From Flavobacterium sp. (GTDB taxonomy: Bacteria > Bacteroidota > Bacteroidia > Flavobacteriales > Flavobacteriaceae), in NCBI GenBank assembly GCA_035515135.1, contig DATJBW010000013.1:114439-178438 (forward strand): a DNA stretch of 64,000 nt, read 5' to 3'. Positions 1-8,552 of the stretch are shown here, one piece after another. A model generated the notes under the pieces. It was not told the DNA's origin. It worked only from the letters and a program-made list of their open reading frames with translations, and made no database searches. A program made the translations under genes and the position numbers. Positions within the stretch are counted from its first letter, which is position 1. Each line of letters starts with the position of its first letter.

Positions 1-49
1 CTGTAATTTGTCTTAATTTGTTTACGTCTGCAGCACTAATAGTTGCCAT
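1..49 (-). CDS. tsf: elongation factor Ts, 5' end only (gene runs off the window)
   Basis: The reverse complement of 1-49 reads ATG GCA ACT ATT AGT GCT GCA GAC GTA AAC AAA TTA AGA CAA ATT ACA = MATISAADVNKLRQIT, which resembles the EF-Ts N-terminus. It lies directly downstream of rpsB, as in the canonical rpsB-tsf operon. It is absent from the ORF track because it is truncated. Confidence 0.6.
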   Translation of the reverse strand, partial: MATISAADVNKLRQIT

Positions 50-174
50 AGTATTTTGTTTTAAATGATTCGAAAATTAAAAGATTGAAAGATTCTTGAT
101 TTGGGCTCGGTTATAATTTAAATCTAAATCAACGTTTACCTAATCTTCAGAAGCTTTCAATCTTTCGTTTTTAT

Positions 175-1035
175 TTATTTTGTTTCTTCTGCTGATGTAG
201 TGTCTGCTTCAGTCTCAGGAGTAGTTGCCTCTGAAGCGGCTACTTCTTCAACCTTTGGAGCCTCAGCTTTTGGAGCTGCTGCTTTAGCTTTTGGAGCTAC
301 TTTAGCCTCTGTTCCTTCTTCTGTTTCTGTTGCATCAGATGAACTACCTTTTTCAGCATGTCCTTCGATTATTGCATCAGTAACTAGAGTTAAAACTTTA
401 TCGATAGATTTTGAAGCGTCATCATTTGATGGTATTACATACGCAACCTGACGTGGGTCAGAGTTAGTATCTACCATTGCAAAAACTGGAATGTTTAATT
501 TTTGAGCTTCTTTTACTGCGATATTTTCAGCGATGATATCAACTACAAAAAGTGCAGCTGGTAGTCTTGTCATATCAGAGATAGAACCTAAGTTCTTTTC
601 TAATTTTGCGCGAAGACGATCAACTTGAAGTTTTTCTTTCTTTGAAAGTGTGTCAAAAGTACCGTCTTTCTTCATTCTATCAATAGTAGCCATTTTCTTA
701 ACAGCTTTGCGGATAGTTACAAAGTTAGTAAGCATACCACCTGGCCATCTCTCAGTGATGTAAGGCATGTTAGCTGCTTTTGCTTTCTCAGCAACGATAT
801 CTTTTGCTTGTTTTTTTGTAGCTACGAAAAGTACTTTTCTGCCAGATGCAGCGATTTTTCTTAGGGCCTCGTTAGCCTCTTCGATCTTAGCTGCTGTTTT
901 GTATAAATTAATGATGTGAATTCCGTTGCGCTCCATATAAATATAGGGTGCCATATTCGGATTCCATTTTCTAGTCATGTGGCCAAAATGCACACCTGCT
1001 TCTAGTAATTCTTTAACTTCAACTTTTTTTGCCAT
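175..1035 (-). CDS. rpsB: 30S ribosomal protein S2 with a long Ala/Pro/Lys/Glu/Thr-rich C-terminal tail
   Basis: Translation has MAKKVEVKELLEAGVHFGH..RKWNPNMAPYIY..GIHIINL, typical of S2. I chose the start at the internal ATG (1033-1035) rather than the ORF-track start at 1071. Confidence 0.95.
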   Translation of the reverse strand: MAKKVEVKELLEAGVHFGHMTRKWNPNMAPYIYMERNGIHIINLYKTAAKIEEANEALRKIAASGRKVLFVATKKQAKDIVAEKAKAANMPYITERWPGGMLTNFVTIRKAVKKMATIDRMKKDGTFDTLSKKEKLQVDRLRAKLEKNLGSISDMTRLPAALFVVDIIAENIAVKEAQKLNIPVFAMVDTNSDPRQVAYVIPSNDDASKSIDKVLTLVTDAIIEGHAEKGSSSDATETEEGTEAKVAPKAKAAAPKAEAPKVEEVAASEATTPETEADTTSAEETK

Positions 1036-1219
1036 TTGTCTAAATAGTTTACGTTCTGTTGTAGTAAGCAATGATTAAGTAGCTTCTCTCTGAAAAAACT
1101 TCGAGAAAATGGTCTTAACCATTTAGATGCTAAACTAAAGTCCTGATGCTCTCAGGAAGCAACAAAAACCTGATTTGATTTTAAATAATAAATTAATCTT
1201 GTTTTGTAAAAGAGTGGTA

Positions 1220-1606
1220 TTAACGTTTCGAGAATTGGAATCTCTTACGAGCTTTCTTCTGACCGAATTTCTTGCGCTCTACCATTCTTGGATCTCTTGT
1301 CAATAAACCTTCTGGCTTAACAATTGTTCTGTTCTCGACATCTACCTCGCAAATTGCACGAGCGATAGCCATACGTACAGCCTCAGCTTGTCCTGTAATA
1401 CCCCCTCCATACACGTTTACTTTTACGTCAAAGTTCTCAGCATTACCTGTAAGCGTAAGTGCTTGTTTAACTTTGTACTGTAAAGTAGCTGTTGGGAAGT
1501 AGTCATTAAGAGCTTTTTTGTTTACTGTAATTACTCCTGATCCTTCAGAAAGATAAATACGAGCAACTGCGGTTTTTCTTCTACCGATTTTGTGGATAAC
1601 TGCCAT
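1220..1606 (-). CDS. rpsI: 30S ribosomal protein S9
   Basis: 128 aa ending in ..KKARKRFQFSKR, the canonical S9 C-terminus. Its ATG overlaps the rplM stop codon (TAATG). Confidence 0.95.
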   Translation of the reverse strand: MAVIHKIGRRKTAVARIYLSEGSGVITVNKKALNDYFPTATLQYKVKQALTLTGNAENFDVKVNVYGGGITGQAEAVRMAIARAICEVDVENRTIVKPEGLLTRDPRMVERKKFGQKKARKRFQFSKR

Positions 1607-2061
1607 TACTTCAGGTCGTTTAGGTTAATCGTTTTAGGTTGTTGAGCCTCATGTTTGTGCTCTGTACCTACATTTACATTCAAATTACGGAAAAGTTGTG
1701 CTCCTAATTTGTTTTTAGGCAACATCCCCTTTACAGCTTTTTCAACAAGAATTGCAGGATTTTTGTCCTGAATTTGTTGTGCTGTTAAACTTCTTTGTCC
1801 TCCTGGGTAGCCTGTGTGACGAATATACGTCTTATCAGCAAGCTTGTTCCCTGTAAGGTTGATCTTTTCTGCATTGATAACAATTACGTTATCTCCACAG
1901 TCAACGTGAGGTGTGTAACTTGGTTTGTATTTACCTCTCAAAAGCATTGCAACTTTTGAAGCTAAACGACCTAAGTTATGACCCTCAGCATCAACTACAA
2001 CCCACTCTTTTTGTACAGTGGCCTTGTTAGCTGAAACTGTTTTGTAGCTTAATGTGTTCAC
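1606..2061 (-). CDS. rplM: 50S ribosomal protein L13 (GTG start)
   Basis: 151 aa, MNTLSYKT...WVVVDAEG..LGRLAS..A..LRGK, typical L13. The start codon read from the sequence is GTG (cac at 2059-2061). Confidence 0.95.
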   Translation of the reverse strand: MNTLSYKTVSANKATVQKEWVVVDAEGHNLGRLASKVAMLLRGKYKPSYTPHVDCGDNVIVINAEKINLTGNKLADKTYIRHTGYPGGQRSLTAQQIQDKNPAILVEKAVKGMLPKNKLGAQLFRNLNVNVGTEHKHEAQQPKTINLNDLK

Positions 2062-2106
2062 AATAAAAATTTTAAATTAAACATTCCATTCCCAATTAAG
2101 GGAGTG

Positions 2107-2114
2107 CAAAAGTA
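2107..2114 (-). promoter_or_regulatory. Bacteroidota-type -7 promoter box (TACTTTTG) for rplM-rpsI
   Basis: The plus strand reads caaaagta, so the minus strand reads TACTTTTG, matching the TAnnTTTG consensus. It lies 45 nt upstream of the rplM start. Confidence 0.45.
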
Positions 2115-2185
2115 CAATTAATTATTTGAATTGCAAATGCATGTAAAATAAAAAAGAAATTTTTTAGATTTTTTTTAGGACTACT

Positions 2186-2956
2186 TTATTTTCTGTTTAT
2201 GAGTTTATATTCCTCATAACATTCGCTTATAGCATCCATGATTTGAAGATCGTTGGCAGTCTTGATAAAAGTCTCTGAGTAATTACAGTTCATCAGTATG
2301 TCTTCAATGTCTTTTTTAGTCACGCCCAAAAGTGCCGCTAGGGTTTCCCTATCAAATTTAGAGGCTAAGACTTCTTTTACCGTAGCGTCTTTTTTCATCT
2401 CTCGAAGTTTCTTGAGTTCGTTGGGTCTTTTGCCAAACAACCCATAGAGTGCATCGGCTGGATTAAAGATAGAACTCATCGCCCTAGAGAAAGCACCCGG
2501 CTTCTGGCGACCACCTTCATAACCGTGAGGCAATCCTGATATGCTGTATCTATAATCACTTCTGAGCGGTATAAGCTTGGCATCTACCTCTAAGAAACCC
2601 GTGAGCACAACGCCTGTAATTTCAATCTCCTCAATCACCATAGCTCTCTCGATAAGCTCTATAACTGTGGTTTTTGACCTTGCCCATTCACCTGTTACTC
2701 TTATTTTGAGTGGTTCGTGACCTATATAAGAAAGGTGTAGGGTGTCGTTGACCCCAGCTTTAATCTGAAAAGAACCCATTACATTTGATGTGGTTCCTTT
2801 TACTTTATTTAGATTGATGATCGTTACGCCCTGCATCGGAAGCTTGGTCTTCTGACTGATGACCGTACCACCCACATTGACCTCTGTAGTATTGGTCTCT
2901 TGAGCAGACACCCATACAAAGGCAAAAAACGATAAAAGCGCAGTAATATACCTCAT
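2186..2956 (-). CDS. secreted hypothetical protein with an N-terminal CarboxypepD_reg-like beta-sandwich
   Basis: Signal peptide MRYITALLSFFAFVWVSAQ. It is followed by a G.V......P..GV.I motif (GGTVISQKTKLPMQGVTIINL) typical of carboxypeptidase-regulatory-like domains. The rest of the protein is unassigned. Confidence 0.6.
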   Translation of the reverse strand: MRYITALLSFFAFVWVSAQETNTTEVNVGGTVISQKTKLPMQGVTIINLNKVKGTTSNVMGSFQIKAGVNDTLHLSYIGHEPLKIRVTGEWARSKTTVIELIERAMVIEEIEITGVVLTGFLEVDAKLIPLRSDYRYSISGLPHGYEGGRQKPGAFSRAMSSIFNPADALYGLFGKRPNELKKLREMKKDATVKEVLASKFDRETLAALLGVTKKDIEDILMNCNYSETFIKTANDLQIMDAISECYEEYKLINRK

Positions 2957-3032
2957 TAAGCTGGTGTGTTTCAGGATATAAAAATACTGAAACTATTTTT
3001 ATTTATAGGTTAGTTTATAAGAGAATTAACTT

Positions 3033-4532
3033 TTAGTCTTGATCGATTTGATAATCATTCAAGAAAGCAATACTTTTCTCAATGTCATAATACATAATGC
3101 GATCGTCTTCAACAAAATCTACTTTTGATTTAAACGAAGCTACAAATGACTCTACAAATTCACTTGACTTCAAAGGCCTTCTGAACTCAATTGCCTGAGC
3201 GGCATTATACAACTCAATAGCCAATACACGTTGAATATTCTCAAGTATCTTCAGGCACTTGGTCGCAGCATTTGCCCCCATACTCACGTGGTCTTCTTGC
3301 CCATTTGACGACACGATGCTATCTACACTTGCCGGTGTTGCCAATTGTTTGTTCTGACTCACGATACTCGCCGCCGTGTATTGCGGAATCATAAAACCTG
3401 AGTTCAAGCCCGGGTTGTTCACAAGAAACGCAGGCAAACCTCTCAATCCTGAAATAAGCTGATAGGTTCTGCGCTCAGAGATACTGCCTAGTTCTGCTAG
3501 TGCTATCCCCAAGAAATCTAAGGCCAAAGCCAAGGGCTGTCCGTGAAAGTTTCCTCCTGAGATAATCAAATCGTCGTTTATAAATATATTCGGGTTATCT
3601 GTAACCGAATTAATTTCGGTTTTAAACACATTGCTCACATAATTTATAGTGTCTTTAGTGGCTCCGTGAACCTGCGGCATACACCTAAAAGAATATGGAT
3701 CTTGCACATGTTGTTTTGCCTGGGCAATAATTTGACTCCCTTCTAAGAAACTCGAAACGCGCTTTGCCGTATCTATTTGTCCTTTATGCGGACGGGCAAA
3801 GTGAATCAATTTATTAAACGGCTCTATCCTACCGTCAAAAGCCTCTAGAGAAACCGTACCGATCAAATCAGCTAAATAGGAATATTTATGTGCTTGGATA
3901 ATGGTATAACACCCATAAGCACTCATAAACTGGGTGCCGTTCAAAAGTGCTAATCCCTCTTTTGATTTTAGGACAATAGCATCCCAGCCAAATTGAGCCA
4001 ATATCTCTTTTGAACTTCTTTGCTTACCCTCATACCATACTTCACCTAAGCCCAGAAGCGGCAATGAGAGATGTGCAAGAGGCGCTAAGTCTCCAGAAGC
4101 CCCTAAAGAGCCCTGTGTATAAATTACTGGAAGTATATCGTTGTTATAAAAATCAATAAGGCGCTCAACAGTGATGAGTTGCACACCTGAATTGCCGTAG
4201 CTCAACGACTGAATCTTTAATAACAACATCAGTTTTATGATGTGTTGCGGAACTAAATCTCCAGTGCCACAGGCGTGAGACTTGACTAAGTTTTCTTGAA
4301 GTTGCGAAAGGTTTTCGTTAGATATCTTTATGTTGTACAGAGAACCAAAACCTGTATTGATGCCATAAATGGGCTCACTATGCGTCAGCATCTTATTGTC
4401 GAGATACATCCTGCATTTTTCAATATTGGTTATCGCCTCTTCAGACAAGGCAATTTTTTGATTATCAGAAAGAATGCTGGCTAACTTACGAAGCGACAAC
4501 ACTTCTGATGATATATAGTGGAAATTGTCCAT
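3033..4532 (-). CDS. hutH: histidine ammonia-lyase (MIO-dependent aromatic amino acid lyase family)
   Basis: 499 aa with the MIO-forming motif GSLGASGDLAPLAHL and a HAL-type NLVKSHACGTG (Ser-His) motif. No hutU or hutI is adjacent. Confidence 0.8.
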   Translation of the reverse strand: MDNFHYISSEVLSLRKLASILSDNQKIALSEEAITNIEKCRMYLDNKMLTHSEPIYGINTGFGSLYNIKISNENLSQLQENLVKSHACGTGDLVPQHIIKLMLLLKIQSLSYGNSGVQLITVERLIDFYNNDILPVIYTQGSLGASGDLAPLAHLSLPLLGLGEVWYEGKQRSSKEILAQFGWDAIVLKSKEGLALLNGTQFMSAYGCYTIIQAHKYSYLADLIGTVSLEAFDGRIEPFNKLIHFARPHKGQIDTAKRVSSFLEGSQIIAQAKQHVQDPYSFRCMPQVHGATKDTINYVSNVFKTEINSVTDNPNIFINDDLIISGGNFHGQPLALALDFLGIALAELGSISERRTYQLISGLRGLPAFLVNNPGLNSGFMIPQYTAASIVSQNKQLATPASVDSIVSSNGQEDHVSMGANAATKCLKILENIQRVLAIELYNAAQAIEFRRPLKSSEFVESFVASFKSKVDFVEDDRIMYYDIEKSIAFLNDYQIDQD

Positions 4533-4785
4533 TTATGAGCGTATTTGTAAATTCCCCAAAATTCCGTAAACCTTTTAAGAAAAGCAAGATATATCACAAG
4601 ATTTTCGTGGATTCAAAATAAAGATTTATTGTATTAAAAATCAGAAAAACACTATGACTTCAAAAACGCTCAACACCTATATAGTTTACAACTGAAGTAT
4701 CCACCATTGATTATAGCATCTGAAAACCGAAAAGACATAGCCAACAAAACTCAAATTGGGTATTTCGTGATTAGGTTTAATGTCA

Positions 4786-4793
4786 TATCTTTG
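4786..4793 (+). promoter_or_regulatory. -7 promoter box (TATCTTTG) upstream of ffh
   Basis: Exact TAnnTTTG match 30 nt upstream of the ffh ATG. Confidence 0.4.
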
Positions 4794-4823
4794 CCAACTA
4801 AACAAAAAGACACATAAATACTT

Positions 4824-6164
4824 ATGTTCAACAATTTAACTGAAAAATTAGACAAGGCTTTTCACGTATTGAAAGGTCACGGAAAGATAACTGAGGTAAA
4901 CGTTGCTGAGACACTTAAAGAAGTGCGTAGAGCTTTGCTCGATGCTGACGTTAACTTTAAGATTGCCAAAGACTTCACCAATAGAGTAAAAGAAAAAGCA
5001 CTAGGACAAGACGTACTTACTACGCTGCAGCCAGGACAATTGATGGTCAAAATTGTCAAAGATGAACTGACTGAACTCATGGGTGGAGATGTCTCTGGAG
5101 TGAACCTCTCAGGAAATCCTACTATTATTTTAATGTCAGGATTGCAAGGTTCAGGAAAGACAACTTTCTCGGGTAAACTGGCTAATTTCCTGAAGACAAA
5201 AAAACAGCGCAAACCACTTTTAGTTGCCTGTGATATCTACCGCCCTGCTGCTATCAATCAATTGCAAGTAGTGGGTGAACAAATTGGGGTAGAGGTCTAT
5301 GCTGAGCCGGACAATAAAAATGCCGTTGAGATTGCACAGAACGCCATCAAACACGCAAAGGCAAACGGATACAACACCGTAATTGTCGATACCGCAGGTC
5401 GTCTAGCCATTGACGAACAGATGATGAACGAGATTGCCAACATTCACAAGGCAATCCAACCGCAAGAAACACTATTTGTGGTAGATGCCATGACTGGGCA
5501 AGATGCCGTAAATACAGCCAAAGCATTTAACGATATACTTGACTTTGACGGTGTAATCTTAACCAAACTTGATGGAGACACCAGAGGTGGAGCGGCTATC
5601 TCAATTAAATCTGTCGTAAATAAACCCATCAAATTTATTGGTACTGGAGAGAAAATGGAAGCCATTGACATCTTCTATCCTACGCGTATGGCAGACAGGA
5701 TTTTGGGAATGGGTGACGTAGTTTCTCTAGTAGAGCGCGCTCAAGAGCAGTACGACGAAGATGAAGCGCGAAAACTCCAAAAGAAAATCGCCAAAAACGA
5801 GTTCGGTTTTGACGACTTCTTAACACAGATTCAGCAGATCAAGAAAATGGGGAACATGAAAGACTTAGTCGGTATGATTCCTGGCGCTGGAAAAGCACTA
5901 AAAGACGTAGAGATAGAAGACGATGCTTTCAAGCATATCGAGGCGATCATTCACTCGATGACTCCATTAGAACGCACCAAACCATCAGTGATTGATCTGA
6001 AAAGAAAAAACAGAATCGCTAAGGGTTCTGGCACAAAGATAGAGCAGGTAAACCAACTCATGAAACAATTTGATCAGATGAGCAAAATGATGAAGATGAT
6101 GCAAGGTGGTGGCGCAAAAAACATGATGCGAATGATGGGCGGCATGCCAAAAGGAATGCGATAA
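4824..6164 (+). CDS. ffh: signal recognition particle protein Ffh
   Basis: NG domain with GLQGSGKTT and DTAGR motifs, plus a Met-rich M domain and tail ([21 protein letters not shown]). Confidence 0.95.
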   Translation: MFNNLTEKLDKAFHVLKGHGKITEVNVAETLKEVRRALLDADVNFKIAKDFTNRVKEKALGQDVLTTLQPGQLMVKIVKDELTELMGGDVSGVNLSGNPTIILMSGLQGSGKTTFSGKLANFLKTKKQRKPLLVACDIYRPAAINQLQVVGEQIGVEVYAEPDNKNAVEIAQNAIKHAKANGYNTVIVDTAGRLAIDEQMMNEIANIHKAIQPQETLFVVDAMTGQDAVNTAKAFNDILDFDGVILTKLDGDTRGGAAISIKSVVNKPIKFIGTGEKMEAIDIFYPTRMADRILGMGDVVSLVERAQEQYDEDEARKLQKKIAKNEFGFDDFLTQIQQIKKMGNMKDLVGMIPGAGKALKDVEIEDDAFKHIEAIIHSMTPLERTKPSVIDLKRKNRIAKGSGTKIEQVNQLMKQFDQMSKMMKMMQGGGAKNMMRMMGGMPKGMR

Positions 6165-6228
6165 GCCTCAATTCATACCCCAAAAGTTTCAATACAAAAC
6201 AACGATACAACTAACTACACAACCATCC

Positions 6229-7116
6229 ATGAAACTATTAGACGGAAAAAAAACGGCTGAAGACATCAAAATCGAAATTGCCACTGAAGTCGCTAAAATC
6301 AAAGAAAGAGGAGAGAAAATTCCTCACTTAGCTGCTATTATCGTAGGTAATGACGGCGCTAGCCTGACCTATGTTTCTAGCAAGGTCAAAGCTTGTGAGC
6401 GCGTAGGCTTCAAGTCTACTTTAGTAAGACTGCCAAGTACAATTTCTGAGATTGAACTGATCAGAAGAATCGAAGAATTAAATCAAGATGACGACATCGA
6501 CGGTTTTATTGTACAACTTCCGCTACCCAAACAAATCGATGAGCAGAAAGTAATTATGGCTATTGACCCCAGCAAAGATGTGGATGGCTTTCACCCTGAA
6601 AACTTCGGGAAAATGGCACTGGATATGAGTACTTTCATACCCGCTACACCTTTTGGGATTTTAGAATTACTAGAGCGATACAACGTAGATACGCAAGGCA
6701 AGCACACCGTAGTTATCGGAAGAAGTCATATTGTGGGCAGGCCGATGAGCATCCTTATGGGGCGCAAGGGCTTCCCCGGAAACTCAACGGTGACACTCAC
6801 ACACAGCCACACTAAAAATATTACGCAAATCACCTCTCAAGCTGATATTATCATCACTGCGCTTGGCGTCCCGAACTACCTGAAAGCAGAAATGATCAAG
6901 GATGACGCGGTGGTTATCGATGTAGGGATCACCCGTGTACCTGATGAAAATTCGCCGAAAGGCTATGTCATTAGAGGCGATGTCGATTTTGAAAACGTGA
7001 GTAAAAAAGCGTCCTATATCACCCCTGTACCCGGTGGTGTGGGTCCGATGACCATTGCCATGCTTATGAAAAACACCTTATTAGCAAGGGAAAGAAGAAA
7101 TAACTTTAGAGCATAA
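6229..7116 (+). CDS. folD: bifunctional methylenetetrahydrofolate dehydrogenase / methenyl-THF cyclohydrolase
   Basis: 295 aa with [27 protein letters not shown] and [15 protein letters not shown], all FolD hallmarks. Confidence 0.95.
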   Translation: MKLLDGKKTAEDIKIEIATEVAKIKERGEKIPHLAAIIVGNDGASLTYVSSKVKACERVGFKSTLVRLPSTISEIELIRRIEELNQDDDIDGFIVQLPLPKQIDEQKVIMAIDPSKDVDGFHPENFGKMALDMSTFIPATPFGILELLERYNVDTQGKHTVVIGRSHIVGRPMSILMGRKGFPGNSTVTLTHSHTKNITQITSQADIIITALGVPNYLKAEMIKDDAVVIDVGITRVPDENSPKGYVIRGDVDFENVSKKASYITPVPGGVGPMTIAMLMKNTLLARERRNNFRA

Positions 7117-7625
7117 TGAACCCAAAAACACCCTCAGCATCACTCACCATACTCACCGATATGGTGCTCCCAGGAGAGACTAATCCGTTAAACAATCTCT
7201 TTGGTGGTGAACTCTTAGCCAGAATGGATAGAGCCGCAAGTATTACTGCGCGAAGACACTCTAGAAGAGTTTGCGTAACAGCCTCAGTCAACCACGTCTC
7301 TTTTACACGCGCTATCCCCCTTGGAAGCGTTGTTACGGTAGAGTCAAAGGTGTCTAGAGCCTTCTCCTCATCGATGGAAATATACATTGACGTCTGGATT
7401 GAAGACAGAGAATCAGGAGATAAAACCAAAGCTAGCGAGGCAATTTACACCTTCGTAGCTGTAGATGAAACAGGCAGACCTGTGCAGATTCCGGAGATTA
7501 TTCCAGAGACAGAATTAGAGAAATCTCGATTTGAAGCGGCACTCAGAAGAAAGCAGCTAAGCCTTATATTGGCAGGAAAACTCAAACCATCCGAGGCAAA
7601 AGAACTCAAAGCATTATTTGAATAA
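7116..7625 (+). CDS. acyl-CoA thioesterase (hotdog fold, YciA-like)
   Basis: 169 aa with P.ETN..N.LFGG.L...MD.A motif (PGETNPLNNLFGGELLARMDRAA). The start overlaps the folD stop (TAATG). Confidence 0.8.
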   Translation: MNPKTPSASLTILTDMVLPGETNPLNNLFGGELLARMDRAASITARRHSRRVCVTASVNHVSFTRAIPLGSVVTVESKVSRAFSSSMEIYIDVWIEDRESGDKTKASEAIYTFVAVDETGRPVQIPEIIPETELEKSRFEAALRRKQLSLILAGKLKPSEAKELKALFE

Positions 7626-7708
7626 CAACTTGGCAAGCTATTTGAAATACAAATGCAACTATAGTAAAAACCAATCAGGCTACTGAAATTGGTTTGAAAA
7701 TAAAATCG

Positions 7709-7716
7709 TAAATTTG
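7709..7716 (+). promoter_or_regulatory. -7 promoter box (TAAATTTG) upstream of trxA
   Basis: TAnnTTTG match 43 nt upstream of the trxA ATG. A TTG at 7689-7691 lies 17 bp upstream, a plausible -33 element. Confidence 0.45.
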
Positions 7717-7759
7717 CAATTAAGAATATTCAACCCACTATAATAAAAAATAAAAGATT

Positions 7760-8077
7760 ATGGCTTTAGAAATAACAGACGCTACTTTTGAAGAAGTAGT
7801 TTTGAAATCAGACAAACCAGTATTAGTAGATTTTTGGGCAGCTTGGTGTGGACCTTGTAGAATGGTAGGACCAGTGATTGACGAAATCAGCAACGATTAT
7901 GACGGAAAAGCAGTTGTAGGAAAAGTTGACGTTGATGCTAACCAAGAATTCGCCGCTAAATACGGCGTGAGAAACATCCCAACCGTACTTGTATTTAAAG
8001 GCGGTGAAGTTGTAGGAAGACACGTAGGTGTATCACCTAAGAAAAACTATACAGACTCAATTGACTCGTTGCTTTAA
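7760..8077 (+). CDS. trxA: thioredoxin
   Basis: 105 aa with the WCGPC active site (FWAAWCGPCRM). Confidence 0.95.
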   Translation: MALEITDATFEEVVLKSDKPVLVDFWAAWCGPCRMVGPVIDEISNDYDGKAVVGKVDVDANQEFAAKYGVRNIPTVLVFKGGEVVGRHVGVSPKKNYTDSIDSLL

Positions 8078-8107
8078 TAGCAACAAGTTTTATTAAACTT
8101 TAAAAAA

Positions 8108-8138
8108 GGCTCAAGCTAGATTAGTTTGAGCCTTTTTT
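8108..8138 (+). terminator. intrinsic terminator after trxA
   Basis: GGCTCAA-(11 nt loop)-TTGAGCC followed by TTTTTT. An A-run precedes the stem. Confidence 0.8.
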
Positions 8139-8552
8139 AAAGAAAATCACAAGCCTAGTCTAAACTTAAAGATAAGTAATCTTTACAGGCTATAATCAAA
8201 ATAAACGCTTAGAGTATCTCAACATAAGCGCCCTTAGCTTGACACGAGACGCACTTTGTCTTTGTATGCCCCAAGTAAGTTTCTATATTTTACATTACCC
8301 AGCTGACGCTTAGTAAACGCCCTGATACCTCTTGCTTTTTAGCTACTTATTTCGTAGCTTTAAGTAGGTGAAATACTATAAAGAAAGATATGAAGACCAA
8401 CTCTTTGTGCAACTAATATTAAGAGTAAAATCATGTTGTATAGCCAATGCTTTAGGACAGATTTAGACTACACAACAGTTGCTTTCATCGCAATTATAAC
8501 TCACCTAAACAGAAAGAAATTGCATATATTATATAATCATTTAAATAAAATA

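Noticed and set aside
200-451. 83-aa plus-strand ORF antisense to the rpsB tail. Similar long antisense ORFs occur at 7106-7429, 23795-24214, 26627-26980 and 40245-40655.
   Set aside because: Each lies entirely inside a well-supported gene on the opposite strand. They have low-complexity or Ser/Ala/Leu-rich translations typical of shadow frames, and no promoter box or homology pattern.
6165-6228. Possible ZTP/THF-type riboswitch upstream of folD, and an FMN riboswitch upstream of ribB (26872 onward).
   Set aside because: The folD leader is only 64 nt, A/C-rich, and has no recognisable conserved stems. ribB overlaps the upstream gene, so there is no leader at all.
8433-8552. 5' extensions in the ORF track for the T9SS cargo gene. 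The same applies to 19921-20010 (pruA), 21548-21670 (ubiE), 36620-36772 (gldH), 49533-49577, 49659-49712 (fabG) and 57752-57781 (S8 peptidase).
   Set aside because: In each case a signal peptide, lipoprotein box or family-typical N-terminus begins at an internal ATG. Several of the upstream starts are TTG or GTG, or they overlap neighbouring genes.
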